A stretch of DNA of 64,000 nt from the NCBI GenBank assembly GCA_963555815.3, contig CAUVWX020000002.1, forward strand, positions 96,001 to 160,000, read 5' to 3'. This stretch comes from a bacterium. Its GTDB lineage: Bacteria > UBA8248 > JACPRG01 > G963555815. The position numbers and the translations under genes were made by a program. Below, piece by piece: positions 56,685 to 64,000 of the stretch; the first letter of the stretch is position 1, and every line of letters starts with the position of its first letter. Below the pieces are notes generated by a model that saw nothing but the letters and a program-made list of their open reading frames with translations, ran no database searches and was not told the origin of the DNA.

Positions 56685-58217
56685 TTATGACAGGATTTCC
56701 CGGTCCAGGGAGCGGTACTGGATGGCTTCGGAGAGGTGATGGACGAGAATGTTGGCCTCGCCTTCGAGGTCGGCAATGGTGCGGGCCACATTGAGGATGC
56801 GGTGATAGGCCCGGGCCGACAGGGAGAGCCGCTCCATGGCGGTCTCAAGCAGCCTGTTTGAGTCCTCGTCAATCTCGCAGAATTTTTTGATGTGCCTTGG
56901 GCCCATGTGGGCGTTGCAGTAGATCTTCGTCCCCTTGAAACGTTCCCGCTGGATCCCTCTCGTCCGGTTGACCCGCCCCCTGATCTCCTCGCTCGTCTCT
57001 CCTCCTGTCGCCTTTGAGAGATCCTCGTAGCGGACCCGGGGGACCTCGACGTGGATATCGATCTGGTCCAGCAGGGGGCCCGAGATCCGGGATCGGTAGC
57101 CCTTGATCTGAAGGGGGGTGCAGGTGCAGGGCCGGGCGAGATCTCCGTAGAAACCGCAGGGGCAGGGGTTCATGGCCGCGGCCAGCATGAAGCGGGCGGG
57201 ATAGGAGAGGGTCGCAGCGGCCCGGGAGATCGTCACCTTCCCGTCTTCCAGGGGCTGGCGCAGGACCTCCAGGACATGGCGCTTAAATTCGGGGAGCTCG
57301 TCCAGGAAGAGGACCCCGTGGTGGGCAATGGACACCTCGCCGGGCATGGGAAGGGTCCCGCCTCCGATAAGGCCGGCGTCGCTGATGGTGTGATGGGGGG
57401 AGCGAAAGGGCCGAAGGGCGATGAGGGCTCGGTTGTCCCCCATGAGCCCCATGACGGAGTGAACCTTGCTCGTCTCGATGGACTCCTCCAGGGTCAGCTC
57501 CGGCAAGATGGTCGAAACCCTTTGCGCCAGCATGGATTTTCCCGCCCCGGGCGGGCCCATCATGAGGATGTTGTGGCCCCCGGCGCAGGCCACCTCCATG
57601 GCCCGCTTCGCGTGGGGCTGGCCCCGGATCTCCTGAAAATCCACGTCGTAGTTTTTAGTCTCAGTGAAAATTTTTGTGAGGTCGATCTGGACCCGCTCCA
57701 GCTCTAATTCCCCGCTCAGATACCCTGCCACTTGGGGCAGCGTGTCGGCCGCCAAGACCGAAGTTTTCGGCGCCGCAGAGGCCGCCTCGAGGGCGTTCTC
57801 CCGCGGCAGGATGAGGGCTGCGACATTTTCTTTGAGGCCCGCCGCGATCGGAAGGGCCCCCTTGATGGGCTTCACCCGGCCATCCAGAGAGAGCTCACCG
57901 AGGAGGACGACGCGCGAGAGGCGATCCCCTGAAAGGATCCCTGACGCCTGTAGAATCCCGACGGCGATGGGGAGGTCAAAGGCCGAGCCCTCCTTTCGGA
58001 CGTCGGCGGGTGCCAAGTTCACGGTGATTCGTTTCAAGGGGAACTGATAACCCGCATTCTTGATGGCGGCGGTGACCCGGTCTCTGGATTCCTTGACGGC
58101 GAGGTCAGGAAGCCCCACCGTCAGAAAGGCGGGAAGCCCTTGTGAGAGGTCTACCTCGACCTCCACCTCATAGGCATCAATTCCCAGCACCGCGGCCGAG
58201 AGGACTTTGGCGAGCAT
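56685..58217 (-). CDS. comM: YifB/ComM Mg-chelatase-like AAA+ ATPase
   Basis: VNLAPAD..KEG..FDLPIA, GPPGAGKS, FLDELPEF, AMNPCPCG, ARTIADL. Confidence 0.95.
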   Translation of the reverse strand: MLAKVLSAAVLGIDAYEVEVEVDLSQGLPAFLTVGLPDLAVKESRDRVTAAIKNAGYQFPLKRITVNLAPADVRKEGSAFDLPIAVGILQASGILSGDRLSRVVLLGELSLDGRVKPIKGALPIAAGLKENVAALILPRENALEAASAAPKTSVLAADTLPQVAGYLSGELELERVQIDLTKIFTETKNYDVDFQEIRGQPHAKRAMEVACAGGHNILMMGPPGAGKSMLAQRVSTILPELTLEESIETSKVHSVMGLMGDNRALIALRPFRSPHHTISDAGLIGGGTLPMPGEVSIAHHGVLFLDELPEFKRHVLEVLRQPLEDGKVTISRAAATLSYPARFMLAAAMNPCPCGFYGDLARPCTCTPLQIKGYRSRISGPLLDQIDIHVEVPRVRYEDLSKATGGETSEEIRGRVNRTRGIQRERFKGTKIYCNAHMGPRHIKKFCEIDEDSNRLLETAMERLSLSARAYHRILNVARTIADLEGEANILVHHLSEAIQYRSLDREILS

Positions 58218-58309
58218 GGAAAAGTGCTCCTGTGAAGGGGTTAGAGGGCTATTCTAAAGGCTTTGAGGAGGTAATACAACGACCGGGTTCTGGAATGTTT
58301 TGGCGCGAT

Positions 58310-58696
58310 TTAGACGTCCTCTAAAGTGATCTGGATGGCTGCGCTCTCTCCCCCTTCCCCACGGCGTCGGATCCCCCGTCCCATGAGCCACCAGAGATAC
58401 CAGTACTTCTTCCGATAGACAGGCAGGATCACGGTATAGATGGCTAGATCCTCGACCCACGAGGCCTGCCCCTCAAAAGAGGGCGCCTTGAGAGATCCGA
58501 ACCGGACCGTGACGCGGGGATTTTTCCTTATCCTTCTCGCCTTCACGCTGCTCCTAAGTGTCGTGAAGTAGATCCGCCCCTCATGGACTATGAACCAGAC
58601 CGGGACCGTCCCAGACCGTCCTTCCGGCCCGTACGTGGTTAGGAATAGACGGTGAGCCTTGATGGTTTTGAGAGCGACGGGGAGGACCTGCTCCAT
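58310..58696 (-). CDS. Pyridoxamine 5'-phosphate oxidase-like (PPOX/F420-type) protein
   Basis: LTT...G...TVPVWF, S.KARRIRKNPRV. Confidence 0.82.
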   Translation of the reverse strand: MEQVLPVALKTIKAHRLFLTTYGPEGRSGTVPVWFIVHEGRIYFTTLRSSVKARRIRKNPRVTVRFGSLKAPSFEGQASWVEDLAIYTVILPVYRKKYWYLWWLMGRGIRRRGEGGESAAIQITLEDV

Positions 58697-58938
58697 TCGA
58701 AGCCCCTCAGCCTCTGGGATGAGCCCCTCAGGCCAACGCGGTGGGAGTCAACTCTGAGGCGATATTATACGTGAAGTCGATTCGGCAGAGGATTCTCTAC
58801 CAGAAAGCCTGGAATCTGGGGTCAGATTCTGGTACGCTATATGATCAATGCCAGCGGGTTGACTGGGCGACACTAAACCATCGGAAATTCCCGTGCCTGG
58901 GATTGTCCTGTGAAGATGAAGAAAGAGGGTTCGCTTCC

Positions 58939-59757
58939 GTGAACGCACTTCCCAAGCCCCGAATCGGTCTCGTCGGTTGCGGTGCCATTGGGCGGGTGGT
59001 CGCCCGCGGAATCGAACGGGAAGATTTTCCCGCCGAACTGGTGGGAGTGACGGACGCCGTCCAGGAGTTGGCAGAAAAGCTTTCCGCTGAACTTCCTTCC
59101 TCCCCTCCGATTATGACCCTCCCAGACCTGGTGGCGGCTTCGAATTTGGTGGTGGAGGCCGTCACACCCCAAGCGGCGCCGGCGATCGTCGAGGCGGCTA
59201 TAAAAGGGGGCCGAGACATCATGATGATGTCGGTCGGCGCCCTGGTGATGAACCCGGCCCTCATGGATCTGGCGAGGGAGCACGGGCGTGTGATCTACGC
59301 GTCTTCCGGGGCCATCGCGGGGCTGGACGGCGTAAAGTCCGCGGCACAGGGTGAGCTCCGCAGCGTTACCATCACCACCCGAAAGCCTCCGAGCGGGTTT
59401 CGGGGGGTGGAGGAAGTCAAGCGGCAGGGGATCGATTTGGACAAACTGGATCACCCTCACGTCCTGTTCGAGGGACCGGCCCGGGAGGCCATCAAAAAAT
59501 TCCCCGCCAGCGTTAACGTATCTTCCGCCCTGAGCCTGGCCGGCCTTGGGGCCGACCGAACGACCGTCCGTGTGGTGGTGGACCCGGGAGCCCAGCAGAA
59601 CATCCACGAGATCCAAGTTGAGGGGGATTTCGGACGTCTGACCACGCGGACCGAGAACGTCCCTTCGCCTGACAACCCTAAAACCAGCTATCTGGCTGCT
59701 CTCTCGGCGCTGGCGACGCTGAAGCGCATTGCCGATCCCATCCGTATCGGGACGTAG
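58939..59757 (+). CDS. nadX: L-aspartate dehydrogenase
   Basis: GCGAIG, MSVGAL, SGAIAGLD, TRKPP, NIHEI, NPKTS.LA. Confidence 0.93.
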   Translation: MNALPKPRIGLVGCGAIGRVVARGIEREDFPAELVGVTDAVQELAEKLSAELPSSPPIMTLPDLVAASNLVVEAVTPQAAPAIVEAAIKGGRDIMMMSVGALVMNPALMDLAREHGRVIYASSGAIAGLDGVKSAAQGELRSVTITTRKPPSGFRGVEEVKRQGIDLDKLDHPHVLFEGPAREAIKKFPASVNVSSALSLAGLGADRTTVRVVVDPGAQQNIHEIQVEGDFGRLTTRTENVPSPDNPKTSYLAALSALATLKRIADPIRIGT

Positions 59758-59925
59758 GGCGGCACCCAGCGCTGAGGGGCCCTGTTTCTCAGGGTTGTCC
59801 TTGTCCGTTGCAGGGTTTTTGGAAGGGGGCTATACTGGTACGTTTATTCGATTTTTAGGAGCTTTTCAGGAGGGGGGATGGCCCCCCCCTCCCTGTTTGA
59901 CTCCTGAGGTTACGAGGAGCATGTC

Positions 59926-61260
59926 ATGAGTGAGAGTAAGACGCCTTCTGCGGTTTTGAAGATGGAGTCTACAGCCGCAAAAGGGGGTTCCTTTAAAGAC
60001 GCCACGCGGCGCTTGGACCGGGCGCTTGAGTTTTTTCCTCTGAGTGAAGAGGTCGAGGAGACCCTTCGTCATCCAAGGCTTTCCCTTCAGGTTTCGATTC
60101 CGGTTCGGATGGACGACGGTTCCCTCCGTCTTTTTCAGGGGTATCGGGTTCGTTATAACGACGCCCGGGGTCCTGGAAAGGGGGGGATTCGGTTTCATCC
60201 GGATGTGGATCAAGACGAGGTGACGGCCCTTGCCTTTTGGATGACGTTCAAGTGTGCGTTGGTGAACATTCCCTTCGGTGGGGCGAAGGGGGGTGTGGCG
60301 GTCGACCCGAGAGAGCTTTCTCATGCGGAGCTGGAACGATTAAGTCGGGGGTACATAGACGCCATTGCGGAGTTTATTGGCCCTGACATTGATATTCCTG
60401 CTCCTGACGTTTACACCAACCCCACCATCATGGCTTGGATGGCCGACGAGTACAGTCTGATTCGTCGGATGAAGACCCCTGCGACGATTACCGGCAAGCC
60501 CGTTTCTTTGGGTGGGAGTCTGGGCCGCGAGGACGCGACGGCCCGGGGAGGCTATTACACCATCCAGGTCATGGCGAAGGAGTTTGGGCTGAAGCCCGAG
60601 AAGACGACGGTGGCCATTCAGGGCTATGGGAACGCGGGTTATTTTGCGGCCCAGCTTCTTGCCCAGGACGGTTATCGGATTGTGGGCTTGAGTGACTCCA
60701 AGGGGGGCATTTATCGTCCGGAGGGTTTTGATCCGGAGGCGGTGAAGGCCCACAAGGACGTGGAGGGGAGAGTGGCCGGGGTGAGTCGGCGCAACGGCGA
60801 ATTTGAGGAGGTCCCCCACGACCGGATCACCAACGAGGAGCTTTTGGAGCTGGACGTGGATATTCTCATTCCCTCCGCCCTGGAGAATGTGATTACGGCT
60901 GAGAACGCGCCGAGGGTGAAGGCCCGTTACATGGTGGAGCTCGCCAACGGTCCGATTACCTCAGAGGCGAGCGCCATCATGAAGCACCGCGTCTTTCTCA
61001 TCCCCGACATTCTGGCCAACGCGGGGGGTGTGACGGTCAGCTATTTTGAGTGGGTTCAGAACCGGGCCGGGTTCTATTGGACGCTGGAAGAGGTGCACAG
61101 CCGGCTTAAGACCATCATGGTGACGGAGTTCCGTGAGCTGCTCAGTGTGGCCAAGGAGTATTCCACGGACAACCGGACGGCGGCTTATATCTTGGCCCTT
61201 CGGCGTCTGGCGGAGGCCATCGAGGCCCAGGGGACCCGGGAATTTTTCGCCAAGGCCTAA
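59926..61260 (+). CDS. gdhA: Glu/Leu/Phe/Val dehydrogenase (glutamate dehydrogenase)
   Basis: KGGIRFHP, PFGGAKGG, DIPAPD, TGKP, QGYGNAG, NAGGV.VSYFEW. Confidence 0.95.
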   Translation: MSESKTPSAVLKMESTAAKGGSFKDATRRLDRALEFFPLSEEVEETLRHPRLSLQVSIPVRMDDGSLRLFQGYRVRYNDARGPGKGGIRFHPDVDQDEVTALAFWMTFKCALVNIPFGGAKGGVAVDPRELSHAELERLSRGYIDAIAEFIGPDIDIPAPDVYTNPTIMAWMADEYSLIRRMKTPATITGKPVSLGGSLGREDATARGGYYTIQVMAKEFGLKPEKTTVAIQGYGNAGYFAAQLLAQDGYRIVGLSDSKGGIYRPEGFDPEAVKAHKDVEGRVAGVSRRNGEFEEVPHDRITNEELLELDVDILIPSALENVITAENAPRVKARYMVELANGPITSEASAIMKHRVFLIPDILANAGGVTVSYFEWVQNRAGFYWTLEEVHSRLKTIMVTEFRELLSVAKEYSTDNRTAAYILALRRLAEAIEAQGTREFFAKA

Positions 61261-61269
61261 AAGCCCTCT

Positions 61270-61309
61270 AGAAAGAGGCCGACTCCTTTTCCGGTGTCGG
61301 CCTCTTTCT
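61270..61309. terminator. Perfect 14-bp hairpin after gdhA; a second hairpin with a T run lies at about 61345-61380
   Basis: AGAAAGAGGCCGAC / GTCGGCCTCTTTCT. Confidence 0.7.
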
Positions 61310-61505
61310 GGCCGGAAGATTTTAGGAAGGACCGAAGTTGCCACAAACCCGGCGCATTTTCGGGCGCACCGGTTTTTTTTCAAAAAAAAAGAGGATGTAA
61401 TCGGTTGAACAAATTGCGTAAAATCTTGCCTCTTTTGATCGCCTTGAATTTCCGCGGACTGTCTCGTAAGGCGTCCGCCGGAGGAAGAACGCGAGTTCGG
61501 TTCTC

Positions 61506-62690
61506 ATGATCATCGGAATTTTAAAGGAAACCTTCCCAGGTGAGCGTCGTGTGGCCCTGGTTCCGGCCATGCTTCCATCCTTGAGGAAGGCCGGCCTGGA
61601 AGTTGTGGTGGAAGCAGGGGCCGGAGAGGCCGCAGGATTTCCTGATTCTGGTTTCCAGGAAAAAGAGGCGCGAATTGTAGCATCCCGGGGCGAAGTCTTT
61701 TCTCAAGCAGACGTCATTCCTCAAGTTCGCACGCTGGGGGCCAACCCTGAGGCGGGTCAGGCTGACCTTGAATTGCTCCGTCCCAAACAGACTGTCCTGG
61801 GATTTTGCGAGCCACTTACGGCTGGCGAGGAGATGAAAGAGCTGGCTTCACGTGGCGTGACCGTTTTATCGCTCGAGTTCATGCCCCGGATTACTAGGGC
61901 GCAGAGCATGGATGTGCTTTCTTCAATGGCCACAATCACTGGCTACAAGGCGGTTTTAATCGCTGCGGATGTTCTTCCCAGAATGTTCCCAATGATGATG
62001 ACCGCCGCAGGGACTATTGCCCCTGCCCGTGTGCTCGTCGTCGGCGCAGGCGTTGCCGGCCTGCAAGCCGTCGCCACCGCACACCGGCTTGGGGCGGTGG
62101 TGCATGCCTACGATGTGCGGCCCGACGTCAAAGAACAGGTGGAGAGCCTTGGCGCAAAGTTCGTAGAGCTTCCTCTGGAGGCGTCGGGTGCGCAGGACAA
62201 GGGCGGCTATGCAAAGGATTTGGGTGATGACTTCTACCGGCGGCAACGTGAACTAATGGGCCGAGTGGTGGCCGAGAGCAACGTGGTCATTACCACGGCG
62301 GCGGTCCCTGGAAAACAAGCGCCCATTCTGATTACCTGCCAGATGGTGGAGGGCATGGCACCGGGCTCAGTGATCGTCGATGTGGCCGCCGAGCGGGGCG
62401 GCAACTGCGAACTGACCCAGCCGTCCGAAACGGCCTATAAAAACGGGGTGGCCATCATCGGACCGGTGAACCTCCCCTCTACCATTCCGTATCACGCCAG
62501 CCAGATGTACGCCAAGAACATTTCGACCTTTCTCCTCCACCTGGTCAAGGATGGCCACCTGAATCTTGACATGGAGGACCAGATCGCCCGCGAGACGCTT
62601 GTGGCACGGGAGGGGGAGGTCGTTCATCCGAGAGTTCGTGAGGCCCTTGGGCTCGGGACTGACCAGCCCGCGGGTGGGGGAACTGCGTAG
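61506..62690 (+). CDS. pntAA: NAD(P) transhydrogenase subunit alpha, part 1
   Basis: GERRVA, RITRAQSMD.LSS, GAGVAGL, GGYA, GGNC. Confidence 0.96.
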   Translation: MIIGILKETFPGERRVALVPAMLPSLRKAGLEVVVEAGAGEAAGFPDSGFQEKEARIVASRGEVFSQADVIPQVRTLGANPEAGQADLELLRPKQTVLGFCEPLTAGEEMKELASRGVTVLSLEFMPRITRAQSMDVLSSMATITGYKAVLIAADVLPRMFPMMMTAAGTIAPARVLVVGAGVAGLQAVATAHRLGAVVHAYDVRPDVKEQVESLGAKFVELPLEASGAQDKGGYAKDLGDDFYRRQRELMGRVVAESNVVITTAAVPGKQAPILITCQMVEGMAPGSVIVDVAAERGGNCELTQPSETAYKNGVAIIGPVNLPSTIPYHASQMYAKNISTFLLHLVKDGHLNLDMEDQIARETLVAREGEVVHPRVREALGLGTDQPAGGGTA

Positions 62691-62971
62691 TGGATGCCCT
62701 CATTATTGTCTTGACCATTTTCGTGCTCGCCATGTTCGTCGGCTTTGAGGTCATCACCAAAGTTCCGCCGACGCTGCACACGCCTCTCATGTCGGGGTCC
62801 AACGCCATCTCCGGCATTACGATCATCGGCGCTCTTCTCTCCGCCGGAACGCAGCACACCCTGCTCACGACCATCCTCGGCCTGATCGCGGCCATCTTTG
62901 CCGCTATCAACGTCGTCGGAGGGTTCCTCGTGACTCACCGCATGCTCGGCATGTTCCGAAGGAAAGACTGA
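62690..62971 (+). CDS. pntAB: NAD(P) transhydrogenase subunit alpha, part 2
   Basis: LHTPLMSGSNAISG, NVVGGFLVT.RML.MF. Confidence 0.95.
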   Translation: MDALIIVLTIFVLAMFVGFEVITKVPPTLHTPLMSGSNAISGITIIGALLSAGTQHTLLTTILGLIAAIFAAINVVGGFLVTHRMLGMFRRKD

Positions 62972-62974
62972 GCC

Positions 62975-64000
62975 ATGAATATCTCCCTGATCAATCTTGC
63001 CTATCTCGTCGCTTCGGTCCTGTTCATTTTGGGACTCACGGGGCTTGGCCATCCGCGCACGGCGGTGCGGGGCAACCTGATCGGCGCTGTTGGGATGCTG
63101 ATCGCCGTCGTGGCCACCCTGGTGGACCGGCGGATCATCAGCTACGAAATGATCGTTGTTGGGCTTGTGGTGGGTGCGACCATAGGAGCGGTCCTTGCGC
63201 TTAAGATTCAGATGACCGCCATGCCGCAAATGGTCGCGTTGCTGAACGGATTCGGCGGCGGCGCCTCGGTGCTGGTGGCCGGAGCAGCGCTCATTGAGGT
63301 CGGACTGCTTTCGGGAAAACCCCCCACTCAGCTCACAGTGGCCACTGCCGCCACCGGGATTATTGGAGCCGTCACCTTCTGGGGCAGCCTGGTGGCGTTC
63401 GCCAAGCTCCAGGAAATTATGCCAGGTAAAGCTGTTCTTTTTAGGGGACAGCAAGTGTTGAACGCCCTCCTCGGCCTCATCGCCCTCGTCATTGGCGCGT
63501 GGGTGGTTGTTTTTCCTCAAACCATAAACGCCTATTGGGGGTTGGTGGCGGTCTCCTCAATTCTCGGTATCTTGTTGGTGATCCCCATCGGCGGGGCCGA
63601 CATGCCGGTCGTGATCGCCCTCCTGAACTCGTACTCTGGGCTTGCCGCCACAGCCACCGGGTTCGTCCTTTCCAACAACGTTCTCGTCATCGGTGGCTCA
63701 CTGGTCGGGGCGTCGGGGATCATCCTCACGCGCATCATGTGCAAGGCCATGAACCGCTCCATGGTGAACGTCCTCTTTGGCGTCATGGGACCGGTTGAGG
63801 GCCAAACGACGACTGCCGATGAGATTTATGCCGGCCGGATCAAGTCCGCCACCTCAGACGAGGTGGCGATGGTATTCGACGCGGCGCGCCGGGTCGTTAT
63901 CGTTCCGGGGTATGGGATGGCCGTTGCCCAGGCTCAGCACGCAGTCCGCGCCCTGGCCGACCTTTTGGAATCGCGCGGGGTGGACGTGGAGTACGGGATT
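62975..64000 (+). CDS. pntB: NAD(P) transhydrogenase subunit beta, 3'-truncated by window edge
   Basis: Hand translation MNISLINLAYLVASVLFILGL; MTAMPQMVA, IGGADMPVVI, VPGYGMAVAQAQH. Confidence 0.95.
   Translation, partial: MNISLINLAYLVASVLFILGLTGLGHPRTAVRGNLIGAVGMLIAVVATLVDRRIISYEMIVVGLVVGATIGAVLALKIQMTAMPQMVALLNGFGGGASVLVAGAALIEVGLLSGKPPTQLTVATAATGIIGAVTFWGSLVAFAKLQEIMPGKAVLFRGQQVLNALLGLIALVIGAWVVVFPQTINAYWGLVAVSSILGILLVIPIGGADMPVVIALLNSYSGLAATATGFVLSNNVLVIGGSLVGASGIILTRIMCKAMNRSMVNVLFGVMGPVEGQTTTADEIYAGRIKSATSDEVAMVFDAARRVVIVPGYGMAVAQAQHAVRALADLLESRGVDVEYGI

Noticed and set aside
1..64000. rRNA, tRNA, CRISPR array, IS or prophage genes
   Set aside because: No signatures seen by eye; tRNAscan-SE and Infernal would be needed to exclude small RNAs

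Overview
GC-rich bacterial chromosomal window with mostly housekeeping genes. The gene content (PxxKW cysteine-rich protein, sirC-ccsA-hemA-hemC-cobA/hemD, split pntA, IspH-UbiA fusion) suggests a deltaproteobacteria/Nitrospinae-like anaerobe; this taxonomy is inference only. Contents in order: two GT-C/ArnT-like membrane glycosyltransferases; ino1; glutaredoxin; a trp operon (trpE-G...D-C) with a Trp-Trp leader-peptide attenuator and a two-gene interruption; radical SAM, KamA, MBL and AmrB genes; a 12 kb MoxR/vWA cluster; ispH-ubiA; yitJ; htrA; pyrKD; a tetrapyrrole operon; an inositol-lipid-like cluster (HAD-NTP transferase, ATP-grasp, class III aminotransferase, radical SAM, CDP-alcohol transferase, flippase-like); mutY; comM; nadX; gdhA; pntAB. 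I saw no rRNA, tRNA, CRISPR array, transposase, integrase or reverse transcriptase. The most striking signal is a 117-bp block upstream of ino1 (4537-4653, minus strand). It is an inverted, gap-free, codon-degenerate copy of the aminotransferase/radical SAM junction 45 kb away (49437-49553): 93/117 nt and 34/39 aa identical by hand alignment, with 18 of 24 mismatches at third positions. It links the two halves of a predicted amino-inositol lipid pathway.
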